Position numbers and translations under genes: made by a program
The notes under the pieces: generated by a model
Seen by the model: only the letters and a program-made list of their open reading frames with translations
What the model was told of the DNA's origin: nothing
The model's database searches: none
Shown here: positions 46,001 through 57,488 of the stretch, one piece after another
Position numbering within the stretch: position 1 is the first letter of the stretch
Layout: the number at the start of each line of letters is the position of its first letter
Assembly: GCA_004764695.1 (NCBI GenBank)
Contig: SMSO01000033.1
Span: 1,736,001 to 1,800,000 of the forward strand
DNA length: 64,000 bases
Direction: 5' to 3'
Source: Schizochytrium sp. TIO01
Taxonomy: Eukaryota; Protista; Bigyra: Labyrinthulomycetes

Positions 46001-47575
46001 AGGCCAAAAGAAACGCGCCAAGTATAGGCGCTTTTTCCTTTCTTTATCGATGGTCTATTACATAGGCACCTTAGCCCTCCTATCACAGTGTTAGGCCCAG
46101 TAATATAAAGAGGGCAATATGGCACCTCTTCTTCCACCTTCCCCTCCCCAGCACATGCTGGTAGGATAGTGTCTACCCAAAACGGTAGCAGTGCGGATAG
46201 GTATCGCTTTCAGGCGATTGATTTAACCCTATCATCGGACGGGTAACAAACAGTTTCTTTTATTCAATCTCATTTTGATTGATTGATTGATTGATTCATT
46301 CATTCATTCGTTCGATTACTTCTTTCGCCAGGACTCGACAATCTTGGTCAAAGCCGCTCCAGCAACAATAAGAAAAAAGGGAACTGGACTGTTGGGCTCT
46401 GGATCGGCTCGAGATCTGCGAGAAACGTTGTTGCCTTCTGTCGAAGCTCGAGTTTCGCGACGCTGGCCTTTTGAAGCCAAAGCATGGAGATCATTAATTA
46501 GTCAATCAACCAACACATTCCCACTTTTCCTCTTACGAATGCCAATGCGGTATTCCTGTAGGTACGTACTGAAGATTTATTCATTCACATTCATCGCTCC
46601 TATTTTCTTCTTGTTATCTCCACTCCATTCATGTTGTTTCTAGCCAGCAGGAACAAACAACTTTTATAAAACGCAAGGGGCACACCTTAGCGTTTACGCT
46701 ATCTGCATCGTTAGCGCGGGGCGCTTAACATGCTGCGGAGGGATAGATACAAGTAACCGTATTGCGGCATATTGCACATAATTGGCACGGTGGCCGAGGA
46801 AGAAAGCTGTTGCGCACGAAAGCCTACTGGCGTCTTTTGGTAAACTTCGCCTGGAATTCGTAATTCCAGTGGCCTGAGCCTTATTCGTACGGGAGAAAAT
46901 CTCGAAAGGCTGCGGAGAAGGCCCTCCTTGGCCCCCGAAGGCCCCGTCTTTACGCAGAGCCGGCAGCCCCGCCATCCCTTTGCCGCAGTACCTACTGCAC
47001 TGATGGCAGAGCCGCCGCGACCGCACATCTTGAATTGGACCCCTCGTTGTGTACTGTTATTTGCCTAGTTGCCCACTCTTAGAGGAAGTGGTAGTAGTTC
47101 CTAGTGCCACTGACTGCAATGCTTTTTTGTTTTTTGTTTTTTTTTGCCCTTTTTACTAAATAAAAAAAAATAAAAATAGTTGAAAGTCTTGAAGGTTGGT
47201 GATTTGTGATTTGTTCTGCCGATAGGTTGTAGGTATTCACTAGTGTTATTGTTGATTAGTTTTGATTATGTTTTCAATTTCAATTGAATAAGTAAATAAG
47301 TCGAACTTCAAGTTGAGCTTTGGAATAAAAAAGTGAAAATGAACGAAATCGAAGTTATATTCTTACTTCTCGCAGGACACATGAAAAGGAATAAGTGGGT
47401 ACGTACTACACAGATGGACATGCGATGAATGCAAGAAAGCCCCCTTCTCCTCGAGATACACGCGTCGGTGGTCATTCCTTGAGGCCATTCGCAGTTCGCT
47501 TCGTTGCTGTTTGCTTCGCTTTCTAGGAGGAGGGTTTCTAAAGATGTGAGCTATAGATAGATGGATCGATAGTGA

Positions 47576-47998
47576 GATAGTTAGATAGTTAGATAGTTAG
47601 ATAGTTAGATAAATAAATAAGTAAATAAATAAATAAGTAAATAACAGTCTCTGCTTCTTTCTTTCATGCTTTCTTTTTGCATCTTCTCGAGATGAGTTAT
47701 TGCTTCCTGTCTGGAGAAACCCGGCGCAAGTCGAGAGGAAGACGACACAAGGCAATGGCCGATGACTCGAGGGTTATTTAATGCGAAGCAAGAGCGACTC
47801 GGCCTCATCGACCGAGAGGGAAGGAGCTCGAGAAGATGCAGCCATCGCTAAAGGCGAACTACACTACTTTTGGATGAAATTATGAAGTTCTCACTCCCTC
47901 ATAGAAAAAAGGAAACCTCGTGCTTTTATTAATTAATTAATTAATTAATTAATTAATCACTCACTCACTCACTCACTCACTCACTCACTCACTCACTC
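47576..47998. repeat. Microsatellite cluster: (TTAGATAG)n, (TAAA)n, (TTAA)n, (TCAC)n
   Basis: Arrays at about 47576-47643 and 47928-47998, upstream of the ALDH gene. Confidence 0.85.
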
Positions 47999-48961
47999 AA
48001 TCAGTCAATGAATCAATGAACCTCCGTTTTCCACGACGATGAATGCAATCTCTCCTTTTGGATGGGTCTGTGGAAATAATTGGCGACGCGGGAGCGGCTG
48101 GATTGGGATAAAATCGCGGTGTCCAGGTTGTTTGCATGTGTGCTCGTTTGCAATTCATTCCTTGTCCCATCTCGATCTGTAGCAGAACTTGTTTCGTTGC
48201 GTCTCGAGCTCCAAAGGGGTTTTCATCTCTTCCTTCCTTTTATATTTTATATTTTTTATATATATTTAATAAAAAGGTTTCTTTGTTTCTGTTGATCCTT
48301 TCCGATACTATAATAACAGGCGTAGTAGTAAACCGTGATCATAACAAATCGATAATTTAGGTACCTAATTGATTTGTTAAAATAATCATTGATTGATTGT
48401 TTTTTGCTTCGCCAACATCTGCTGCGAGCGACTGAGACAGCTCGCTAGTGCCGCTTCAGCCAGAGCCCGGTCGCAGTTGCTACTGAGCGATCTCCAAGGG
48501 CGACGGGAAACCAGTAGTGATTCGTGAAGCAGAGCAGGAAGCTCGCTCCGCTTTGCAGATCGAAGCCCGAGACTCCACGGTGGCAGCCGTAGAAGAAGTC
48601 GCTCGCGTGTGCATTCAGTGACTGATTATAGAGTAGACCAGACTAGGCCATAACAGCTCAAACCAACCCCAAGCTCGACTCAGCAAGCCCCAGGTTCCTT
48701 GATTTTGGTGTCGCGCTTGGGTTTTGGGCAGCTTGCATTGTATTTTGCAAGTTTCTGCGTATATACATACGGTTTTCTTCATTCCTTGCTCTTCAGAGGG
48801 TCGTTTGTTTGGCAATTTTGTCTCTTATTGCGCCTTGAAGACGATCGTATAAGTATAAGCCGAATTCAATCAACGCTGGAGACTTTGCGATTTACCTTTG
48901 CAGCGTCGCAACCCTTTATCTTTAATATCATAAGCTTTAGCAGCACTCCTCCGAGGGAATC

Positions 48962-50680
48962 ATGGCACCGGTCGCGGTTGGCTCTACAGGTAGCAGCAGC
49001 AAAAACAACAACAACAACGGCAGTGCTGTCGAGAAGATCCACGTAGTAGATAAGACTGAAATTCTTGTAGGTGTTGCGAACGATATCAAGTCAAAACAGG
49101 GCCCTGGCACAAAGAAGCTAGAGAAAGCTGGCGCTTCGAGCATGATGGAGGTCGATGGCGCTCCCCAGCAAAGCGATGACGAAGTCAAAAATAATGACGT
49201 TGAAAGCGATGTGCAAAGCTGGTGTACAGAGACACCAATGACCCCTGAAGAGGAAATGGCAGAACTCATCTCTCGAGCACGTGCTGCGCAGCACATCCTC
49301 GAACAGTATTCGCAAGAGCAGGTTGATCAACTTATTCGCGGTATGGTTTGGGCAGTCTCTCGACCCGGTGTGGCAGAGGAAATCGCTCGCCTTGCTGTCA
49401 CCGAGACTCGTCTCGGAAATTACGAGGGTAAGCTTGCCAAGATCGCCCAAAAAACGCGTGCTGGGCTCCTCGATATTCTTTACGAGAAATCAGTAGGCGT
49501 CATCGAAGAAGATCCCGCGCGTGGCCTCGTCAAGATTGCTAAACCCATAGGTGTCATTGGAGCCACCTCACCCAGTACTAACCCAGAAGCTACTCCCGTG
49601 CTCAAGGCTATCAACGCCATCAAAGCACGTAATGCTATTGTCATCTCGCCTCACCCACGAGCCGAGCAAACGAACTTTGTAATTGTGGATAAAATGCGCT
49701 CCGCCCTCACTCAGCTTGGCGCACCAGCGGATCTTATTCTCCATGTTGCTCACCCATCTCGTGCAAAGACAAAAGCCCTCTTGGCACAGTCTGATCTCGT
49801 TTGGGCGACAGGTGGTAAAAATATTGCCAAGAATGCTTTGATGTCTGGTAAACCTGCTTTCCCTTCAGGCGTTGGTAATGCTGTTATCCTTGTTGACGAG
49901 ACCGCTGATCTAAGCTATGCTGCATCTTGCATTGCAAAGAGTAAGACCTTTGATCTTGCTGCAAGCTGTTCTGCAGATAACTCTCTTTTGGTAATGGATT
50001 CTATCTATGATGCCTTGGTCCATGAACTAGAGGCCCAAGGAGGTTACCTAGTCTCCTCGGAGGCAGACCGTGCTGCGTTGCAGCGGACCCTCTTCAAGCC
50101 CGCTGCCTCCCCAGGCGGAATGCCTGTATTGAATGCTGAGGTTGTGGTCCAACCCGTGCAAACCATCGTTTCCCGCGCTGGTCTCAAAGTACCTTCAGAC
50201 AGAACCTTTTTGGTCGTCCCCGAGTCTGGCATTGGGCCGGCTCACCCTTTCTCCGGTGAAAAGCTGTCCCCTGTGCTTGCACTTTACCGTGTACACAGCA
50301 TCCCTGAAGGAATCCAGATTGTCAATCAGATTCAGGCGTATCAGGGCCAAGGGCACTCATGTGGAATCTATAGCCACAGCGAGGAAAATATCATGACCTT
50401 CGCTTCTGACACTCGCACAGCAAGAGTCATGGTTAACCAGCCGCAGTCGCTCAGCAACTCTGGCTCGCTTGCCAACGGCATGCCTGTTACACTTTCGTTA
50501 GGTTGCGGAACTTGGGGCTGCAGCACATCTACTGCTAACATTAACTGGCGCGCTCTTGTCAACCTCACGTGGGTTTCCCGCCCCTTGAGTCAGCCAAAGG
50601 TCATGCCCGAAGACAACGAGCTCTTCGGCGATGTAATGCAACTTGTCCAGGACAAAAAATTCATGCAACACGAATTGTAG
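48962..50680 (+). CDS. Stand-alone CoA-acylating aldehyde dehydrogenase (AdhE-N/EutE/SauS-like)
   Basis: YSQEQVD, KPIGVIGATSPSTNPEAT, KARNAIVISPHPRA, ATGG, GVGN, SKTFD..SC (catalytic Cys), EKLSPVL, GHS, TLSLGCGTWG; about 95-aa N-terminal extension. Confidence 0.9.
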   Translation: MAPVAVGSTGSSSKNNNNNGSAVEKIHVVDKTEILVGVANDIKSKQGPGTKKLEKAGASSMMEVDGAPQQSDDEVKNNDVESDVQSWCTETPMTPEEEMAELISRARAAQHILEQYSQEQVDQLIRGMVWAVSRPGVAEEIARLAVTETRLGNYEGKLAKIAQKTRAGLLDILYEKSVGVIEEDPARGLVKIAKPIGVIGATSPSTNPEATPVLKAINAIKARNAIVISPHPRAEQTNFVIVDKMRSALTQLGAPADLILHVAHPSRAKTKALLAQSDLVWATGGKNIAKNALMSGKPAFPSGVGNAVILVDETADLSYAASCIAKSKTFDLAASCSADNSLLVMDSIYDALVHELEAQGGYLVSSEADRAALQRTLFKPAASPGGMPVLNAEVVVQPVQTIVSRAGLKVPSDRTFLVVPESGIGPAHPFSGEKLSPVLALYRVHSIPEGIQIVNQIQAYQGQGHSCGIYSHSEENIMTFASDTRTARVMVNQPQSLSNSGSLANGMPVTLSLGCGTWGCSTSTANINWRALVNLTWVSRPLSQPKVMPEDNELFGDVMQLVQDKKFMQHEL

Positions 50681-50791
50681 TCCAACTATACAATTTCTAT
50701 GTGTGAACAAGTATATAAATTCAAAAAACAAAGCCCCCCCCCCCCCCCGCCACATTATCATCTTAACATTTTTCTCGCTCATTCTACCGCA

Positions 50792-50930
50792 ATTCACATA
50801 CCATTCATTTTTTAAAAGCTAATCCTTACGTACTGTGTTGTCTTTGGTGTTTTCTCTTCACATTCACATACCATTTATTTTTTTAAAGCTAATCCTTACG
50901 CACTCTGTGTTGTCTTTGATGTTTTCTCTT
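50792..50930. repeat. About 70-bp tandem duplication between the convergent ALDH and P450 3' ends
   Basis: attcacataccatt.attttt..aaagctaatccttacg...tgtgttgtctttg.tgttttctctt occurs at 50792 and 50862. Confidence 0.9.
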
Positions 50931-51181
50931 TGTACTCTTGATTACATTCCAAGAAAAAATAAAAGGAGAAGAAGATGATGATGAATGAATACTCTGATTT
51001 CATTAAATCTTCGCACAGGGTCAGATTTATGAACAATGCATTTTCAATTCTCTTCATATCAGTCAATATTGCATGCTTCTTCTATTTATATCAACAAAAT
51101 CGAACAAGCAAACATTCATTAAAAAGTTACTTTTCCCTTTACTTCAAGTGCTCTTTCTATTGCTGCGCACTAAGACCTAGC

Positions 51182-52822
51182 TCAAAGTCGGGATGATTGG
51201 GGCTTGGATCGCGGCTTCACATGAAAGTGCATGCCGGTTGGTACATGCGTGGGAAGCGCCCATCCCTTGAAACCCTTAACCAAAGGGGGCATTTTGAGGT
51301 TTTGCGGTGCAAGGGTGCCGTAATTCACACCGAGATAATCCTGAGGATCTGCCGCTATATATTCCTCAGTAAGAGCAAAGTCGAAATGATACAATAAATT
51401 CGCCAAGATCAGACGCATCTCCATATGTGCAAAGTTTTTGCCGATGCAATCACGCCCAGGATAAGTGAAAGGCGAGAAGCGATCCGAAGCGGGATTGTAT
51501 GCCGCATAGCCTTGATCATACCAGAGCTCTGCGTCTTTAAAATCCCGATCAGGGTTAAACACCTCAACATCAGGGCCCCACAAGTCAGGGTTTCGATGAC
51601 GACTCCAATTGACAATTTGCATATGAGTTCCTTTCGGGAGCCGAACTTCACTTCCGTCAGGACCAGTGATATAATCATCAAATTGTGTTACGCGAAAAGT
51701 ACCATTCGGGACGGCATTCCACAGACGCAAGGTCTCCATAACACAACGCGTCATGAACTTGAGACGCTTCAGATCATCGTACTCTACATCTCGCCCATCC
51801 AGATCAGCCCAAAATGAGTCAATTTCAGCCTGCAGGCGACGTTGATACTCCGGACGCTTAGCAAGCTCAAAGAGAAGCCATGTCATGGTGTGGCCTGTAG
51901 TATCATGACCAGCAAACTCAAAAATAAGTGCATTTCCCTGTGCTGTGAAGTAGTCTGACTCAAGAGCTGCAAGACGGTTACTGAGCGGGCCACGCACGTG
52001 CGGACATGTACCAGATGAGATCAAGTCTGGGTGAGCCGGGCATGTACGATCTTCGCGAGTCCAACGCTCCGACACTTCCTTACAGAACTTACGGATAAAT
52101 CTAGGATCTTCACTGCCGGTCATGGCGTCGCGAAACTTCTTGTTGGTTTTATTCATAAAGTCCTCATCTTCACCAAAAAGGGCAAGTTGTAGCTGTGCCT
52201 GCGTCTCAAAGAGAGCAAAATCATTCATATCAACCGGCTTGGCACAGTTTTCAGATACTTCACGCAAGCGCTCAACACATTTGCGAGCTCTAGCAGCACT
52301 GACAGGCAAAATCTGCTCAAGGCTGGCACGTGGCAAAAATGCAGTGACTAGAGTCTCTCGCTGCTCACGCCAGTGTTCATTATCCGTAGTAGAAATGATT
52401 GACGTGAATAATCCTGCTGTAAAGTTCGTTTGCTTCCGTACGTGGTATCTTGCAAGACGCTCGGCGTCTTTCGGATTGGCTACAATTACCTGGACAGACC
52501 TTTCGGGCACCTTAATTTTGCCGACATTTTCCTCGCGACCTGTAAGCAACATGGGAACCACAATGTTTGCAGCAAGCTGCTGGTCACCACCATATATCTT
52601 CTGCCACTCGGCATACTTCACGTGCGACCTCCCAAGCTTACTCTGCTGTTGCAGCTCCAGAAAGGCGTCAAGCCACGAGCGTCCTGCCTGGAGAGGGCCT
52701 GCGAGTTCTTTACATAGTTTGTGCTCGCCTTCAACTTCCGCTCGCGGGAGTTCTTCCCACGTGAATCTTCTCCCAAAGAATGTCAACGCATGGTCACTCA
52801 GACTTGGCACACGCTCGCTCAT
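51182..52822 (-). CDS. Cytochrome P450 without an N-terminal membrane anchor and with a C-terminal PTS1 (SRL)
   Basis: I-helix FAGHDTT, K-helix ETLR, FNPDR, heme motif FTYPGRDCIG; ends KPRSKPQSSRL*. Confidence 0.93.
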   Translation of the reverse strand: MSERVPSLSDHALTFFGRRFTWEELPRAEVEGEHKLCKELAGPLQAGRSWLDAFLELQQQSKLGRSHVKYAEWQKIYGGDQQLAANIVVPMLLTGREENVGKIKVPERSVQVIVANPKDAERLARYHVRKQTNFTAGLFTSIISTTDNEHWREQRETLVTAFLPRASLEQILPVSAARARKCVERLREVSENCAKPVDMNDFALFETQAQLQLALFGEDEDFMNKTNKKFRDAMTGSEDPRFIRKFCKEVSERWTREDRTCPAHPDLISSGTCPHVRGPLSNRLAALESDYFTAQGNALIFEFAGHDTTGHTMTWLLFELAKRPEYQRRLQAEIDSFWADLDGRDVEYDDLKRLKFMTRCVMETLRLWNAVPNGTFRVTQFDDYITGPDGSEVRLPKGTHMQIVNWSRHRNPDLWGPDVEVFNPDRDFKDAELWYDQGYAAYNPASDRFSPFTYPGRDCIGKNFAHMEMRLILANLLYHFDFALTEEYIAADPQDYLGVNYGTLAPQNLKMPPLVKGFKGWALPTHVPTGMHFHVKPRSKPQSSRL

Positions 52823-55790
52823 CTTGTGAACTTCTCCTGCTCAAATCGAGTCGCTTGTGCCCCCAAAAGAACACTGTGTCAGCCCCCAAGAGCAAAGATC
52901 TCCGAGGCAGCTCTGCAAAGGCTCCGTGGCAAGTTCGAGCTTTGCCTTTGGTGTTGGGTTCGCAAGCTTATCGCTCGAAATGGTGAAGTGGATTTGATTG
53001 CACTATGCTTCGTCTGGATCTAGACTCTTGCGGGTGCGAAAGTAACAAATTACATCGGTTTGGCCATTGTATTTCCCAAACTTTAATGAGCTTAAGGTAG
53101 GTTTAGTTGGTAGCTAGGCACTAGCTACTCCTACGCGGCGAGGTCTACTTGGGACTACTTGGGACCAATCGAAGTAATCTTGGCTTCTTGAAAGCCCTCA
53201 CAAATGATCAACGAATAAGCAACACCAACGCTTCAGAGTGGGCTTTAAGGTTTGTGAAACTGGGTATTGGAAACGGGAAATCATGTTGTCATGAAGCTTC
53301 AGTCATGGTGAAAGGCAGTTCTTCCTCGATAAAGGCGCGGACTGTGTGTCTGCAGTGTGTATGTAATGTAATCTTACTGTATGTTCTGAAGGACGAGTTC
53401 TGAAGAATATAGTTTGTGATCTTCAAGAGACCAGGAGAGCGCCTGGTGAAGTCGCAGGGGCTATAGGAATTCGAAGGGTAAGTGACCTTGAAGTATAAAT
53501 AGGCGCGAGCGAGCGGTTCTCCTTGGGTTAATAGAGAAAGATAGATTGATAGCACAACTGGCGGACTGAAATGCGAAACATAAGTGAAGGGATACTTCGT
53601 TCGAGTTTTGAAGGATGGAAAACCAAAGATGGCCTGAAGTTTGATCTCGCTCACTTCGTGTCGACATTTCACTTGTGCCAAGATTGCCTCAGTAATGTGA
53701 TCGGGAGCTATTGATATAGACTTGAAATCAGACCGGAAGCAATAACACCCGGGACCTTGAAAAAGACGCAGTACCTTGCTCTTAGTGTTTCCTCGCTAGA
53801 ATATATTTTAAAGGCCCAGGTTTAGATACCTAATCTTTTCACTGTATCGGTCAGCTCCAACGAAGGTTCTTTGTACAGGCTATTTGCCTTGGAGCAAACT
53901 ATGTAGCGACCCTCTCCATATAGCGTTTCAAGTTCAGAGTACTAGCTAGGTTTAGGATCTATGAATTTATTGAAAAGAACTGACATGAACGTTCGTTTCA
54001 TACCAAGGTACTTAAGTTACATTAGTCAACGTTAAACTTACTCCTACCCTGCAAGGAGTTGACTATATTTTTTACTCAATTTAAGAAGTTGTGTCTGTCC
54101 ATTGAGAGTGATACTGTGAAGTTTTTCGACTTGTGATCCCGAGTTGGAGTGAAGGACTGATAAAATAAGCGTGAGAGCATTTGACGAGGGAGGGTCAGGG
54201 ACGGGTCAAAAGAAAGCTTATTCTTTAATTTCTCAAATGAATTGTTTGATTTCGTGTTGAAATTCTTAGCAGTGTATGGATTGGTCTGGCGAGGTGCCAC
54301 ATCCACGAGTTAGTTGTACTTAGGAGGACGAGGACGTTACATGTTGAAGTAAGGTTCGCTCACTGCGATTCCAAACTCAGGAATATCCTTCTTAAGAGCA
54401 GGACGATCCAGCAAGCCTAAAGCAGTCTAAGAAATTGCGAACTATCTGAGTCTAGAATCATCGTCAATGAAAAATGCTCCGAATTCATCATCAAGCCGTC
54501 AAGGCTATTGCTGATGCTCCCTGATATCCTATACTAAGGAATCACTAAGATAAAGAAAAAGCAATACTGAACTGGTAGTCCATGTGATGAATTTTGTTTT
54601 AATGCGGCCCATTGTCTCCATAAGGCAGCCATCATTCCGAAGTAAATTCCTGCACGGTCTTCTGCGCAATATCTCTTCAAGGCAAGCTATCCGCGCGTTT
54701 ATTGGATTAGAGCAAAAATACATTGTACTTTTATATTCTTGATGAAGACTATAAACCAAAAAGACCGCTTGCTAATAGCTTTCGTGTTTCCAAATTTGTT
54801 GGTTAGCAGAATGTATCAGATTTGGGGTTCATCAAAATCGAAGCTTTCGCTTTCATTCCAGGCTCATACTATTTGAACGAAGTAAAGTTATACTATGGAT
54901 TTATACGGATTCGAGGCTCTAAATTTTCAACACACTTACTCAGTTCTCTGGCTCGACGACGATAATCATTTTTTGTTTTGGTCTGCATAGCTGTTCAAGT
55001 AATTTTGTATAAGAGGCCAAAGTGTATTTTCACGGAGATGCGCAAAAGCTTTGAGGTGGTTATGGAGGTTTATTTTGTAACTCAATAGATAGTAACTACT
55101 AATGGTAAGTTACGAATATACTCGTTACACTCCCACGCGCGTGTATTGAACGAAATCAATATCAATTAGAGCGCTTGAGATTGCGCTCTGGGCTCGTGGC
55201 CTCAGCAGCACCTGGAAACTGCACATTAAGTTTCTGGCCAAGCTGACAGTAGACCCAGATTAGACCGGTCGAGTCTGCGAACCTTGCTGTTGGCCAGAGT
55301 TTGGGGAACATCGCATCCGCATCCGTACTTGGTTTGGTCCGCTTGCGCGCGTTCTGGCCCAAGTGAATTGGGAGGAGCCAAATATCATAGATTATAGAAA
55401 GTCAAACGTGTTTGTCTTTTATCAAGCTCCTGCACAGGAAGGTACACTGGAGATTGCGACGATACTCCAACTTACGTGCGCAGCCTCTTGCAAAGTTAGT
55501 TTCTAGGTTTTCGCGGCACTTGCAGAAATTCTTGGTAACTGGGACTGAGTCAATAAGCGTACTTGCTGGAGCAGAACTGGATACCAGTTGAAGAATAGGT
55601 ACCAGATCAAGTTCTCGCTTGCCAGGCTTTTAGACACTTGGAAAGGAGGGATATACAACTTAGTTCCGAAGCGGAAGCGTTGCTGACACGTAGAGGGCGT
55701 AAGATATTCAACTGAAGACAAAGACGAAAAAAAAAAAAAGCTTTGGACGGTGACGAGATCGTGAACGTAAAATATATAATTCAAGACCCA

Positions 55791-56900
55791 ATGACGGAAG
55801 AAAACATAGGCACAATGACGGAGGAAAATGTAATTACAATGAAAGCTGCAGTGGGCAAGGGCTACGGTCCAATTGATGAGATGGTGGAGGTTGTTGACAA
55901 CATTGCAAAGCCCAAGGAGGCGCGCCCCGGATATTTGATTGTCCGCGTACTCGCCTGTGCACTAGCACCAGGCGACTTGCGTGTTTTGTCCGGACGCACA
56001 AAAATGGTGCAGGGCCCGCCATCTTTTCCATATGTAATTGGTGGCGATGTCTGCGGTATCGTTGATTCCTTGGGTGAGGATGTGGAAGGTTTCGAAATTG
56101 GGGATTGTGTTGTTGCGCGTTTTCACACAGCTGGCCCTCGTGGTGGAATTGCGGAGTACTATGAAGTGAAATCCAGCCTGACAGAGCACAAACCCTCAAA
56201 TCTTGAACCCGCTCAAGCAAGCGCATTGGCTTCAAGTGGTACATCTGCTTTGATTGCTGTAAATAATGCTATTCGCCCCGGCGATCGTGTTCTTGTTCTA
56301 GGGGGTAGTGGTGGCGTCGGGACCATTTTACTACAGCTTGCTGCTATGAAAAAACCATCTTTCTTGGCTGTAACGACATCAAATGTCCCATTGGTGAACA
56401 GCCTCGGTGTGGCTGACCTCGTTTTAGACTACAACCAAGAGAATTGGTGGGAAGTTGCTGAGGTTACAGATAAGGCACCGTTCGATGTCATCGTCGACCT
56501 TGGCCAAGGCATCTCCGCTTGGAACCTTGCAGTCAAATACAAACTTCTCAAACCTAATGCCCAAGGTGGTCGTTATCACTCTTTTGTTGGTGACGACCCG
56601 ATTTTATGGGCACAGGGCATTTTTCAGATCCTACGATGCATGGGTCCCGCGTTGTGGCGGAATTTCTGGACACCATACTTTTCAAATTGGCCTTCATATA
56701 AGTGGCAACTTGACGGGCTCCCTGACAAACGTGAACCGCTCACTGAGCTTTTCAAAATTGTCGAATCACAAAATCTGAACATTGTTTTAAGCGAGAATTC
56801 CCCGTTCCCTTTTACAACAGAAGGTGTTCGCGCAGCTATGAATTTACTCCAGACAAGGCATGCACACGGCAAGGTGATTGTTCATGTAGCGGATTTTTAG
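55791..56900 (+). CDS. Zinc-independent MDR oxidoreductase (QOR/RTN4IP1/enoyl-reductase-like)
   Basis: MKAAV...YG, ALAPGD, FPYVIGGDVCGIV, VLVLGGSGGVG, HAHGKVIV; no catalytic Zn Cys/His ligands. First ATG at 55791. Confidence 0.9.
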   Translation: MTEENIGTMTEENVITMKAAVGKGYGPIDEMVEVVDNIAKPKEARPGYLIVRVLACALAPGDLRVLSGRTKMVQGPPSFPYVIGGDVCGIVDSLGEDVEGFEIGDCVVARFHTAGPRGGIAEYYEVKSSLTEHKPSNLEPAQASALASSGTSALIAVNNAIRPGDRVLVLGGSGGVGTILLQLAAMKKPSFLAVTTSNVPLVNSLGVADLVLDYNQENWWEVAEVTDKAPFDVIVDLGQGISAWNLAVKYKLLKPNAQGGRYHSFVGDDPILWAQGIFQILRCMGPALWRNFWTPYFSNWPSYKWQLDGLPDKREPLTELFKIVESQNLNIVLSENSPFPFTTEGVRAAMNLLQTRHAHGKVIVHVADF

Positions 56901-57488
56901 ATTGTCTTCCCTTTCTCTAATAAGATAAGAAATTGCACTCACTTTTCATGCTGCAGCGGGTACTTATTCTTTTTGTTATTGTTTAACTTTAGTAAACTTT
57001 TACTTCAATTGCAGTAGTACGTCTATATTGCCACCTCGGAGCTTTGCGTTACATTGCCAGGGTGCTGCCGGGGTTTTGCAAAGTACGTTTAAGATAATAT
57101 AAATATATTTGAAGAATTTGTTTTTGTGTGCTTCATGCTATGTGCATGATGGTAAGTGTATGCAGAATACTTTGCATGATAATAGATCTTAAATCGATCC
57201 CTTGTGTTCGGCAACATACAACGTGCCATTCCTTTTAATCCGTACTTGGCACAATATTCAAATACAAATAAAAATTATAATTATAACTTATCCAGTTCAC
57301 AGTTTACAGAAGGAGAAATCTACGGAGGGTGCGATTTCAACAAGGAGTAACATTTATATAAGAATGTAAATGAGGTGGAAACAAGAGAGGAGCATATGAA
57401 GTAAGCAAAAAGTGAATCACACGAGAACGAAGTATAGGATTAGTGTCAAATGGTATTTATTCCCTAGAGGCTTTGTTTGCAGATAAAA

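Noticed and set aside
53289-53681. RAFIEEELPFTMTE resembles a hAT transposase motif
   Set aside because: Short match followed immediately by a stop; no other transposase motifs or TIRs seen.
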